Source: Antedon mediterranea (lineage: Eukaryota > Animalia > Echinodermata). Taken from it: DNA of 64,000 nucleotides. The notes below the pieces were generated by a model. The model had not been told where the DNA came from and did no database searches. It was given only the letters and a program-made list of their open reading frames with translations. This document shows positions 27,612-54,249 of this stretch, piece by piece. Location: positions 19,454,795 through 19,518,794 of the forward strand of contig NC_092670.1 of assembly GCF_964355755.1 (NCBI RefSeq). Direction: 5' to 3'. Positions within the stretch are counted from its first letter, which is position 1. Each line of letters starts with the position of its first letter. The translations under genes and the position numbers were made by a program.

Positions 27612-28911
27612 ACATTTCAAATGTACATACATTATATTTCATTAATTATAATTTAAGAAATAACTAAATGCTAAAGGCATGTAAATAACAGCAAAACAGA
27701 AATAAATCTCAGTCTTTGGTTTTATACAATTTCAAAATTATACACACAATTTGAAATTTATTATTGACAGATTGCACATCATAGATAAGGTATAGTGGAT
27801 GGATCTAGGGGCAGACGACCACACCTTTCCCACCAGCTCTATAAAACGAAAAATACAGGTACCAATAACATCCGTGACTTGAAGATTTGCTCCTCTTCTA
27901 GTGATGGTCACAGTCACTGATAGATATAGGCAGAATAACTACTTAAAAGGAAAATATAAAATTATAAAACTGTTCGCATGACTATTCCATTTCTGGATAA
28001 TAATGGCATCTGTTGACCAATAACACTAGATTGGTCCACGGTTAAATCATACTTATTTACTTATATATTTAAAAAAAAACTTCATTTAAACATTTAACAA
28101 CTGCAACAATAGTATGGTAATGGTGGTATACAATTTCAGTTTTTAATGATATAATGATGGTGGTAAACTTCCAAGGCTAATGTTACTTTTATATGTGCCT
28201 ACTTAACAAATAAGCAAATATGCCCAACAAATGTAGCTGTAACAAAAAAACAATATTCTTCTAAATGGTGAGTACAGGCAATGGTTAGTAAACCAGCTTA
28301 ACTCTTGTACACAACATGATCGAGATGGTGGTGAATAGACACCAGGTCCTGTCTTTCATGTACAGTAACACTCCAAAGCATTGTTTCACAAGAACATCTT
28401 GGTGGTTTAACATGCTTGCCTTCCATTACCAAGGTCCACAGTTCAATCCTGACCTAGTGCCGGGGTTGTAACTCACAACTCTTTCAACTCCACTCTCTAA
28501 GCCTCAAATGAGACTTAGTTTATAAACATGATAAATTATAAAATATTTTATCCATCCTATAGTTGGTGAGTTACTCGCTGTTGGGTGTGTATATACAGAA
28601 GAAATTATTCAGAAAAAGCTTAACTTAAAATTGTCATTATTATTACAATTAAGAATCGCCATACTTGCAAAATACAAACATAATTGTTTTAAAATATTTG
28701 AACTTTATGAATACTGACACATTTGTATTAAATCAAATAGGGTTCATTGGGAAGTTGCTACACTTCAACTAATAAGTAGTTAGAAGAGAGGTTATTCAAA
28801 TGGGGTGGAGAAATTAATAAGACATCTTGCAAATTATTCAGAAACAGCTTAGCTTGACATTTTCATTATTACAATCAAGAAACACCATTACTTGCAGAAT
28901 ACAAACATCAT

Positions 28912-43264
<14,353 letters not shown>

Positions 43265-43311
43265 ATTCAATTTTCAGTGCAGTGCACGAATTTACACCTT
43301 AGTAAGTATAG

Positions 43312-43365
43312 AAACATGGCGGTTTACATGGGCGCAGCCATCTTTTATTATTCTAGAGGGCGCTG
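43312..43365. promoter_or_regulatory. TBCD proximal promoter motifs: two YY1-like sites and a CTCF-like core
   Basis: AAACATGGCGG (43312), GCCATCTT (43337) and CTAGAGGGCGCTG (43353) lie within about 100 bp upstream of the TBCD ATG. Confidence 0.45.
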
Positions 43366-44375
43366 TAATAACATAAGCAAAATATTATATCTATGTTGAC
43401 CTAAATAAGAAAAAAAATGTTAAAATGCTTTGCTATAAAAAAAATGGTTTTATTTATATTTAATTATAATATATATAAATAAATACAATTTAATAAATGA
43501 TGTATAATGTATCATGAATTCTCACTGATTTTCTTCTTCAGGATTTGACAGTTCACTACTGGTTTTATTACTCCATTACTAGGCTCCTAATTGTTGGAAG
43601 AATTACCATGTTAAATATTCTCAAATTTTTACCATTACCAAAATCATTGGAAAATCGGGAACCCCTGCTTAACTCTTACTGCTTTGATAAAATGCAGTAG
43701 AACCCTTATTATTCTACGAGACTCAACAATGTGTATGGCCATGGGGTTATACAATAGTCCTCCATGGAATGGCCGTAGTCGTGTTATTTTTTGCCTCTTT
43801 TAATTAAATAAATTATTTTTAAGGGAAAGTGGCAATCCCCAAGGAGTGGTTCTACTGTATATAATATTACATACGTTTTATTAGAAAGCTTATAATAGGA
43901 TTTTGATGGATTAAAAGTTATATTGACGTATTTGTCAACCTTGATTGTACAAGTTGGGTGCAGCTTGCTTTCCGTTCTGTGCCAGAAATAATGTGTCCGG
44001 GATACGCTCAGTCTCAGTTATTTTCAAATGAACGCTGAGAATTAGGCCAGCCGGACAAATCAATATTGAAATTGGAGGTTCAATAGCCTTATTGCTACGG
44101 TAAGAACTTTTTTTATAAAATAGTTTAATATACGTTTAAACTTTTTTAAATGTTCTCGAAGAAATTAAGGGGATCTCCCTAACGCAATTGTTTAGCCGCA
44201 GATTACATGACAGTTTGATAGCATTTTAGGCCTATATGTTTATTTAGTCTATATGGGTCTATATTATTTTCCAGAAATCAATTTATGTTTTATTGAATGA
44301 TTGATTATTTATATTTTCATATTGTTAGAATCGGTTTGGAACATCTTCTCGAAGATAATATAGGTATAATACACT

Positions 44376-45326
44376 ATGACGAATTCCACATTTGATTCGT
44401 CGCTATGCACGCTACCCAGTATCACCGACACACCGATGGTACATCACAAACATTTGCTAAGGTTCTATATCATTAGCCTAATCTTACTATGCGTTCTCAT
44501 TCTCATTGGGAACTGTATCATCATCTGGAGTTTCATTCGCGTGAAGAAGTTACGCGACAGGAAATACGTCCTTATTGGAAGTCTGTGTCTTTCGGACTTT
44601 TGTGTCGGCATTCTACTCCCAATTCAAATATTAGCCCCTCCGTCTTTCATGGACGCTATTGGTCTTTCTCTATCTATAATTTCTGTTTTGACTAATTTGG
44701 CGATTGCGATTGAGCGCTTCTACATACTAGTCTTGATGAATATGGACATGAGTCGAACGGCTGCTACCGGGAAGCAACTGATTATAATCTGTGTTGTGAT
44801 GTGGTTGACGGTATTAGTGGCAATCGTGCCATGGACGGCACAGCCATACGCATATATATTAATTCTGTACAGCTTCGCTCCATTGAGTGTTATCGTTGTC
44901 ATGACCGGGGTTAGTGTTCTGTACGCTAGTATCTTCTACACGATGCATAAAATTGACAAAAAGAAACAGAGTAAGCTTGGCAAGAAAGACTTCCGTCGCA
45001 CACGACTTGTTGTAGAAGCGTATGCCGTCATCGTGATCATGTTTGCCGTCTGCTGGCTGCCATGGTGCGTGTCAGCTCTTTACACCGGGTTCACCACTTA
45101 CTTCAGCCCTGACAAGTCAAAACGGGAAGTGTGTTACGTTGCATCAATAGCTTCCATTTTCCTGTTCAGCATTGGTCTTCTGAATTCGGCAATCAACCCA
45201 TTAATTTATTGGCTAAAACTTCAAGATTTCAAACACGCCATTAACTCTCTGCCAGTCTTTAAGTACGTGAACTTTGCAGGTTGTCAAAATACATCTGAAT
45301 CGGAAAAGGTTCCGTGCTCACAATAA
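44376..45326 (+). CDS. Class A (rhodopsin-like) orphan GPCR, copy 1
   Basis: 316-aa ORF with 7 hydrophobic segments; motifs GN, LxxxD, ERF, CWLPW, NSAINPLIY. Acceptor at 44328 and leader-exon donor at 44100. Confidence 0.93.
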   Translation: MTNSTFDSSLCTLPSITDTPMVHHKHLLRFYIISLILLCVLILIGNCIIIWSFIRVKKLRDRKYVLIGSLCLSDFCVGILLPIQILAPPSFMDAIGLSLSIISVLTNLAIAIERFYILVLMNMDMSRTAATGKQLIIICVVMWLTVLVAIVPWTAQPYAYILILYSFAPLSVIVVMTGVSVLYASIFYTMHKIDKKKQSKLGKKDFRRTRLVVEAYAVIVIMFAVCWLPWCVSALYTGFTTYFSPDKSKREVCYVASIASIFLFSIGLLNSAINPLIYWLKLQDFKHAINSLPVFKYVNFAGCQNTSESEKVPCSQ

Positions 45327-45659
45327 TAACACTTTTTATATACATATAAATATAATGTTGACATTTATTATACGTTCTTACTTTTTCGAATAATTTGATT
45401 AGAAAAAAAATAAAAATAATATTATTAACACTTATTAGTTTTTTTGTTTATTACTACTTAATAGGCCTAATGGTCACACACTTAAATTTTATTTTGTTTG
45501 TAATGAAATATAAATAAAGATATGTAAATGAATTGCATAACGATCAGATTATTAAAATATTCATTTTATGCTATACTATATTCGTACGTTGCTTTATAAA
45601 AAGAAATTAAACAATGATGACAATATTAATGGTCTTAGTGATGATGTTCATAGTTGCCA

Positions 45660-45745
45660 TAAATGATGATGCAGATAACATGTATGATGATGATGATAAT
45701 GATGATGATAATGATGAAGATGTTGATGATGATGATAAGATGATT
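45660..45745. repeat. (GAT)n-like microsatellite
   Basis: Imperfect GAT/GAT/AAT run. Confidence 0.8.
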
Positions 45746-45954
45746 GACAATATTGAAAACCTGAATGGTAGTTTTGAAAATATGCAGACGTGTATCTCAA
45801 TGACTTGCGATAGTCAGTTAAGATGTACCTAATGCCAGCTGCATAAATGAATCCGATATGATAATGATATGATATGTGAATGATGTTGATAATGTGAATG
45901 GTAATGATAAAAAGTTGTTCTTTTTAATGAATTTTAATATTACGATATTACCAA

Positions 45955-46114
45955 AGCTCTGTCTACACTATCAAATTTATATGTGACAGAAAATTGATGG
46001 CCCAAATATGGCAGTGATATGCTTAAATATGGTATTGATATGACATCATCATGTCCATATATGGGAACAACAAACTTTTGTGTCACACACAAGTTTGGTA
46101 GTGTAGATAGAGCT
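45955..46114. mobile_element. Family H MITE, opposite orientation
   Basis: Same TIR. Confidence 0.8.
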
Positions 46115-48991
46115 TTATGATGGCGCAAACAATCATCCCGTGGTGCAGCACTCACTGCTTCCGTGGACTCGAATCTGTTTTGGCGCCATCATCTGCGCAA
46201 GCTTGTGGTTTGAACGCAGCCTAATGATCTGGAGATTCCACCTGAAAATTACTTAGCACAACCTACAATTAGGTCAGAAGGCAAACATCTGACCAATTAC
46301 TTAGGTCTCTGACGCAAAACTAGTTTACATTAATTACTACACCAATCATCGTTATCCTGATAACATTAAAACATGCAATGTCTGTCCTGATTTTAAGTTT
46401 ATTGTAACTGAATTATTAACCAAATTATTACTTTAAGTTGCGATGAATTATTCAAATAATAATGCAAATTCAATATCACCGAAAATTAATACCAGAAGTT
46501 CATTTACTTTTCTTGTAGCAACAAATTGACTAATGTTTGATTTGATTCAAATATGCTTTTAATAACTAATACAACATTAGCCTCTGTTATCGGTCCTTTT
46601 TATCTCTCCCTCTCCACCCCACCCCCTCCCAACAAATGGACGAGACCCATAATATTTAGAAGCTACTAAATACATTTCTGCAGTAAATAAGTTTCGTTTC
46701 GTTTTTATTTTCGTTTATTTCCCACTCTTCAAATGAATTTAAACAGTTTGAACATAAGCATACATTGTATATGGGTGGATGGAGGTCACAGTAAGTTATT
46801 GAACTTTAAGTTGTGGCCCCCGTATCAGTACAATAATAATATGAAATTTATGTTTAAAAATGAGGGTACATGAAATCAAGTAGGCCTACATATAAAATAA
46901 AATTGTAATTAATTAATTACGACAGTAAAAGTTAAGATGAACTGGACAGTTGTATGACGATATAATGATAAAACTAATAGGCCTAAGTCTCTACGGTAGG
47001 TTTATAATATCCTCCTGGATAATAAGCAAAACTAAGTTAATTTTTAAATTTCTCGTTGTTTTTTTACTTGAAAAAATAGAAATAAATGTTTTTATTTTAA
47101 ATGATGACTATACAATATTATATATATATTTTTTTATTTTCTACGGATAAATTAGATAGTTTTTTTTTAGCTTATAATTTGCAAAATCACTGTTCGGAAG
47201 ATTTTTTTTTTTTTCAAAAATCCAAAGTACACTAAACCACCTGACTAAACTATAATTTATAAACAAACGGAAAAATCAAACCAAAATGAATACAACGCAC
47301 TTGACTATCTCTTTGTTTTAATCGTTCACCACACCTGAAAAATTAATCTCTTTCAACAAAGCGGACTTCCTAACTAGCCCTCATACATTAAGTATATTCA
47401 ATGGCATGGTGTTGAATTAAAATTATTAAGACGAAATAGGTTATATGACTTCTTTTAAATGTATTGGCTGTCAGACAACGTTTACATTTTAATGTAGTTA
47501 AGATATTCAGTCGCTCCGGTTGCACTTTACCTTACACAGTACAGCGGAACAGACAACGATTGCTGCTTTATCGTAAGTATTTTTTAAAAACATTAAAAAT
47601 TACTTTTTATCAAAACTAAGTTGTAAAGTATCTTCTCGGTTTAAACAGATCTGTCATTTTAGAGCGTATATTAATACATTTTATTTTATTTCATTTATTT
47701 TAATTTTATTTCAATCACATCTAAGAGCCGTATTAGGTGTAAGGGGCTCTCTTTTCTTGACTTTGTTAAAGAATAATGTGCAAAATTCTCAACCCATGCG
47801 AATTGGTCTCCTTTCTCTTTTTTATATAACAAATACTAATAATAAATTTGTATATAATATTAAGCATATAATGAGTAAAGCTTTTTAATGCGCTTCACAT
47901 TAAAAGTAACACATTTTCAATAAGATAAAATTAGATGGAAATGGAATTTAAAAGGGCACAAATGACATCCCTGGAAACTATTGATTATTGAGAATGTGAA
48001 TGTTTGGTTATATTTTAATCTATAAATTAGTAGAGAAAGGGAGGCTAATGGATGACCAAATCCGTCTTTAGTTATGTTTCGAATGATCTTTCTAGGCCTA
48101 TTTGGGCATAATGAATATGACTGTTGGTATTTATTTCTCTTCTCTTTCTCTTGTTTTCAATTATCCCAAAACAAAAACAATTATACAAATGAGATGCTGT
48201 ATAATATTCCTATGATACTGCTAATATTGTAGTATGTGAAGATACAATACTGCCAAATTAAAGTGTTTTTTAACCTAAGCCTATAAATTTATATTTGAAG
48301 AATAAATAAAAATCGCGCTGTGGGAAAAAAATTGTAATAGATTTTAATTAAAATAACTCGATTATTTTAACAATATTATGTTAATCTCGACCTTCTGTCT
48401 TAAAAACCGTCTTTCCTTAAGTCGGTAAAACTTTGAATTTAATCTTCTTTAATCTTACCTGCCTGCATTTTTGTATTATTCGTTTTAGTTTGCATTTCTC
48501 GTCACTAAACCACACTACACAGACGGTAAGTCTACTTGATTATTGTTTTTTGCCTTCGTTACTTGTTGTTTTATGCTAATTACTTCCTCATTTACATACA
48601 ACCTATCCTATTGGTATATACATACTCTATTCGTTGTTTTCTGTTCTGATGATGAGAATAGTTTCTCGAAACATCTCAAGACATTTTAAAGCAGTTTGCC
48701 TATTTATCTAATGCCTCACAATCGTTATTTTAACTCGAAAGTTCGGTGGAATCATTCATAATTAATTACTTATATATTCCTTAATTGATATGTAGTATAT
48801 TTTATTCAAGTAGTAGTAAATACTATTCAATTTATTTATGATTTATAATAACGTTTCTTGACAGTATGCCTAACGGCCGTATAAACACAAAATACTTTTT
48901 AACAAGTGTGTGGCTTTAGCTACCTACGTACCTGTAATACAATAAATATCTTTCTTAAATATCGTAGATTCAAATAAACCGATAAGCAGAT

Positions 48992-50008
48992 ATGAATTCT
49001 ACGAACATGACATTCGATCCGTCAACATGCAAGATGCCAAGCATGGTAGAAACTCCTCTAGTCTACAACACAACCCTTCTTTCCTTTTACATTTTAACGC
49101 TGATCGTTCTTTGTACGTTGATAATTATCGGCAACAGCATCATAATGTGGTCGTTCATCAGGTTTAAGAAACTACGCGATAAAAAATACGTCCTAATCGG
49201 AAGTCTTTGTCTCACTGATTTCTTAACTGGAGTGATTCTACCGATCCAGATATTAGCTCCACCAAGTTTTATTGACGCTGTTAGTGTTTCTCTTTGTATA
49301 ATATCGGTCTTCACCATCCTGGCGATCGCTGTTGAGAGGTTCTATATACTAGTTGTCATGAATGTGGATATGAGTCGTACTGCTGCTACAAGAAAACAGC
49401 TGTTTATATTTTGCGTTGTAATGTGGGTGACGGTGTTTTTAGCTGTCGTGCCTTGGACTATGTATCCATACAAATACATCGTCCTTATTTACAGTTTTGC
49501 TCCGCTGAGTGTTATTGTGGTAATGATCGGAGTCTGCATTCTGTATACTTGTATTTTCTACACAATGAACAAATTAGACAAAGAGAAAGAAAGTAAACTT
49601 GGCAGTAGACGCATCAACCGAACAAAACTCGTCATCCAAGCTTACACCGTCATTGTCATTACATTTGCCGTCTGCTGGTTGCCATGGTGCATTGAAGCAC
49701 TGAGAATTGCGTCTAATACCTATTTAAGCAGTGATCCAAAAGATCGAGAGATTTGCTATACGGCTACAATTCCCGCCATTTTCTTCCTGAACATTGGACT
49801 TCTTAATTCCGCCATTAACCCACTTATTTACTGGCTGAAGCTTCCTGATTTTCATGAAGCTATTAATAAGTTGCCGATATTCAAGTGTTGTACATGCAGT
49901 TTCTGTCAGAAAAGATCTCAACTCAACAGAAGCGATACCAACTCTTTCACCAGCGGCACTTACAGGCAGAACACTGTCGCTCTACAGATTAACGAAATAA
50001 AAAGTTAA
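48992..50008 (+). CDS. Class A orphan GPCR, copy 2
   Basis: 338-aa ORF with the same motif set (GNS, LCLTD, ERF, CWLPW, NSAINPLIY); acceptor at 48967. Confidence 0.94.
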   Translation: MNSTNMTFDPSTCKMPSMVETPLVYNTTLLSFYILTLIVLCTLIIIGNSIIMWSFIRFKKLRDKKYVLIGSLCLTDFLTGVILPIQILAPPSFIDAVSVSLCIISVFTILAIAVERFYILVVMNVDMSRTAATRKQLFIFCVVMWVTVFLAVVPWTMYPYKYIVLIYSFAPLSVIVVMIGVCILYTCIFYTMNKLDKEKESKLGSRRINRTKLVIQAYTVIVITFAVCWLPWCIEALRIASNTYLSSDPKDREICYTATIPAIFFLNIGLLNSAINPLIYWLKLPDFHEAINKLPIFKCCTCSFCQKRSQLNRSDTNSFTSGTYRQNTVALQINEIKS

Positions 50009-50520
50009 ATCAAACAATTATCAATCACTTCAACTAAAGCACTGTAATATCAAGAAGTTACTTTGTCAAAACTAACAATTAAAATTTTTTATTTAAAGTA
50101 ATTAACTTCAAGTTAACTAAGATAACAATAAGTAAAATGTTTATTTTTCGATCAATCAAAACTACTTCATTCTCTTGCTTCTTTCTTTCCTGAACATCCG
50201 TCAAGTTGTGTGAAAAGTACGTTGCATTTTCTAATTTGAATCTACGGTATAACTGGTACTTTATGCATAATGTCGTAATTGTTATTCCGGCCACCAAGTC
50301 TGTCCTTTTCCATCGATTCTGAAAAAGAGCTGATTTATAGTAACATAATCTTTTGGTTATGTTATGCCCCCATACCGGTACTGGTTTTCGTAAATCATTC
50401 TAGACTCGGCCAATTATTGCTTTTACTAATAGTGTATATTAAATAGGAGTAATCATACTAATTATGTAGGCATATTTATTGAATATCTTGTTTTAATTAC
50501 CATAGATCCTAGTAGCAGAT

Positions 50521-51540
50521 ATGAATTCTACGAACATCACAACATTCGATCCATCAACATGCAAGATGCCAAGCATCGTAGAAACTCCTCTAGTCTACAA
50601 CACAACCCTTCTTTCCTTTTACATCTTTACGCTGATCGTTCTTTGTACGTTGATCATTTTCGGCAACAGCATCATAATGTGGTCGTTCATCAGGTTTAAG
50701 AAACTACGCGATAAAAAATACGTCCTAATTGGAAGTCTTTGTCTGACGGATTTCTTAACTGGAGTGATTCTACCGATCCAGATCTTAGCTCCACCAAGTT
50801 TTATTGACGGTATTGGAGTTTCTCTTGCCATAATATCGGTCTTCACCATCTTGGCGATCGCTGTTGAGAGGTTCTATATACTAGTTGTCATGAATGTGGA
50901 TATGAGTCGTACTGCTGCTACAAGAAAACAGCTGTTTATATTTTGCGTTGTAATGTGGGTGACGGTGTTTTTAGCTGTCGTGCCTTGGACTATGTATCCA
51001 TACAAATACATCGTCCTTATTTACAGTTTTGCTCCGCTGAGTGTTATTGTGGTAATGATCGGAGTCTGCATTCTGTATACTTGTATTTTCTACACAATGA
51101 ACAAAATAGACAAAGAGAAAGAAAATAGACTTGGTAGACGACGCATCAACCGAACAAAACTCGTCATCCAAGCTTACGCCGTTATCGTCGTCATGTTTGC
51201 CGTCTGCTGGTTGCCATGGTGCATCGAAGCACTGATAATTGCGTCTAAAACGTACCTAAGTAGGAATCCAAAAGATCGCGAAATTTGCTATACCGCTACA
51301 ATTCCCGCCATTTTCTTCCTGAACATTGGACTTCTTAATTCCGCCATTAACCCACTTATTTACTGGCTGAAGCTTCCTGATTTTCACGAAGCTATTAATA
51401 GATTGCCGATATTTAAGTGTTGTGCGTGCGGTTTCTGTCAGAAAAAACCTGAACTAAACAGAAGCGATACCAACTCTTTCGCCAGCAGCAGTTTTATGAG
51501 TAAAACTGTTGCTCTACAGATTAACGAAATCAAAAGCTAA
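50521..51540 (+). CDS. Class A orphan GPCR, copy 3 (close paralogue of copy 2)
   Basis: 339-aa ORF, nearly identical to 48992..50008; acceptor at 50505. Confidence 0.94.
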   Translation: MNSTNITTFDPSTCKMPSIVETPLVYNTTLLSFYIFTLIVLCTLIIFGNSIIMWSFIRFKKLRDKKYVLIGSLCLTDFLTGVILPIQILAPPSFIDGIGVSLAIISVFTILAIAVERFYILVVMNVDMSRTAATRKQLFIFCVVMWVTVFLAVVPWTMYPYKYIVLIYSFAPLSVIVVMIGVCILYTCIFYTMNKIDKEKENRLGRRRINRTKLVIQAYAVIVVMFAVCWLPWCIEALIIASKTYLSRNPKDREICYTATIPAIFFLNIGLLNSAINPLIYWLKLPDFHEAINRLPIFKCCACGFCQKKPELNRSDTNSFASSSFMSKTVALQINEIKS

Positions 51541-53725
51541 ACTGGTTTTCAATCAGTTTCACATTCCTTTTTTCCAAACTAACTTTTTTCAATAACTTCA
51601 ATAATCAACCTTAACAAGTTTTTACCAATTACACCGTACGTACTAAAGCTTGGTTCTTCTCACTATGACGCACAACGCCCATCGCTTGCGATTGATGGAA
51701 TTACTTGCGTTGTGCTTACGTCACCCTTGCGTGGCGCCACTGTGGGAAATAAACTTTAGGTCAAGCAAGTAATTACAAATTTCTCAATTATAAGATATCG
51801 ATTTAGAGCATTGAATAGAACCAAAGTTCTATCATTAAATAATCTTAGAAGATAGGCGATATTTATCTATGAAATAATGAGTTTTTCTATGGAATAGTTG
51901 GTCTAAATAGGTAGATACAATAGAATAAAATTATGCAAGCAGGATGGAGAAATATGACAAATAGAATATTATATGTTATAAATTAAGAAATAAGGAAGAA
52001 AAGAATGAAATTATAAAAGAAAACGAAGATTACTATACGAAATAGAAGTTTGTTAATTAGACCCGAATGTTGGTTAAGTTATAAATTATTGCATTAATAT
52101 GAAGATAAAATTAATATTTTCACGATGAGGCACTGCTCAATCATAACATAAGGTACTTTCTTATGATAATTAACGGTTAGGAATATTGTTGTACGGAGGA
52201 AATATATATTTCCGCCATGTGAAACCATAAAGGAATTTCATTTTCTTATTACATAAAAGTGAGAGAAACACTATATTATATTTTTGTACTTCATCATACC
52301 ATTTAAAGATATTGTTCCCATGAAAAAACACATTTTTTAAAATGTTTTTGTTCAATATGTCTTTTAATGTCACATATAATTGACTGGAAGTCTGGGCTTT
52401 TGGTTTGGTATTTTGTCGTTTTACAAGCTAAAACGCAATTTTTTCCAAAGAAGTCATTAACTGCGAAATTCAAAGTATTGTTATTTTTATTAATCTTCAT
52501 TTGTCATGGGACAATACATCTTTAATTGGTAAAATATTTAACAATGCGGCACAGGCACGATTGCCTCCAATCAAAGACCAACTTTACGCATTCTCTCGCA
52601 TTATAATATAACCTAACCTGACAGTAACTAATAATGTGGTCTTCAATTGGAGGCATATCTGTATTATTTCAATATCATTTTTTATCTCATAAACTTAATA
52701 GTTAAGGAATATACTTAAATTAAGATTAAAATTACTAACTATATTACTCAGATAATGTCTGCTCAGAGGAGAAATATAACATTTGAGATCCTCTGAGGGA
52801 GTTATATTTTTATAGATTAGAAGGATTATATTGTCCACTCAGAGAGAAAATATAATCTCAAATCTATATTACACTGATGTAAAAGGCAATATCTGTTATA
52901 TTATATAGCCAAAATTGATGCAAATAATTAGTTACAGCTATAGTAGTTACAATGTAAATACGGCAACTGCATAAGGGCTAATTATTCATTTCTGGTCACT
53001 CCATTGTACCAAATGTTTTGGTATACTTAACCTACACTCAAAATTTCAGTCAAATGTCATGTGTTTGTGACCAATAGTTATTTAAATACGATATAATACC
53101 CATGTCAATTTAATAAAGCCATTTATATTACCCAGTAGGGCAATATAACGTTTTTGATCAAGTAGTTAATTGATGGTATTTATAGGCTATTTAATACTGT
53201 ATTTTCAATGTAATAAGATTTAATTGTAGATAAAGTAGTTTCAACTCATAAAAGATAAGTACTGGTATTTTTAGAAACCACTTTATGATATTACATTAAC
53301 GGTTAGTAGTTTAAACTCGTTTGCTAAACAATTAGTAATAAAGAGACAATAAAAGACATAATAGACACTGGACAGTGCATTAGTCGTGATTGTTGTATAG
53401 GCAAACAATTTATAACATCAGTTGATATTGAGTGGATGTTTTGTTTTCGATTGATGACAATAAAACCAGAACGTTTATTTCGTTTGTACACATTATTACG
53501 AATACTCTAAAACATTGAGAAAATTGCCTTTGTGTGTATAGGCACTGAGACTAAGCTGCTTTGAAACACAATGTAATTATAATGTACATACTTATTTTCA
53601 TTAGGACACAAAACGATAATCATTTCATCCAAAGGACAATAACAATTTGTTTTTATTTGTTTATAGTCATAATACTGACGATACTAATAAGTTAACACAA
53701 ATAGAACTCAATCGATAGACTTAAA

Positions 53726-53896
53726 GCTTGTTTTCCACCAGGAAAATTGCTCGCGTAAATTAAAAAGAGTTATTTAATATGCGCATGCGTATTGATGTTT
53801 TAATCTACTTTTTGTGACGTGAAGAAATGCGCAGCCAATCATATTAACTCATGAATTTTCGATTCGCGCGAATATTCTCTAATGGAAAAGCGGCTT
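53726..53896. mobile_element. Harbinger-like MITE (third family)
   Basis: AGCTTGTTTTCCA...CTCGCG / CGCGAATATT...TGGAAAAGCGGCT with TAA flanks. Confidence 0.6.
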
Positions 53897-54015
53897 AAAC
53901 ACTACTTAGTAGCTGAATGGTTCGGTCGATTTTGTATTGCAAACATGTAATGAATTGGACAAGGTTAAAAGTATAGAGATAAAGTACAAGATAAAAACAA
54001 CAAAATACTGTCTAA

Positions 54016-54177
54016 AGGTCTGTCTACACTATCAAACTTTATTTGACAAAAAAATGCAATGTGCCTATACATAGACATGATGATGTCATATCACTACCAT
54101 ATTTGGGAATATCGCTACCATTATTTGGGCACATCACACTTATTTTGTCAAACTAGTTTGATAGTGTAGACAGAGCT
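54016..54177. mobile_element. Family H MITE
   Basis: Same TIR and interior; TAA/TTA flanks. Confidence 0.8.
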
Positions 54178-54249
54178 TTATAATAATCAAACATACATAT
54201 GACTACGAAAGCCTATTAGGGCCAACAAAAAAATAATATTGCTTTCACA

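Noticed and set aside
45614-45832. Secreted acidic (Asp-rich) peptide ORF
   Set aside because: The Asp run comes from a (GAT)n microsatellite; no other coding evidence.
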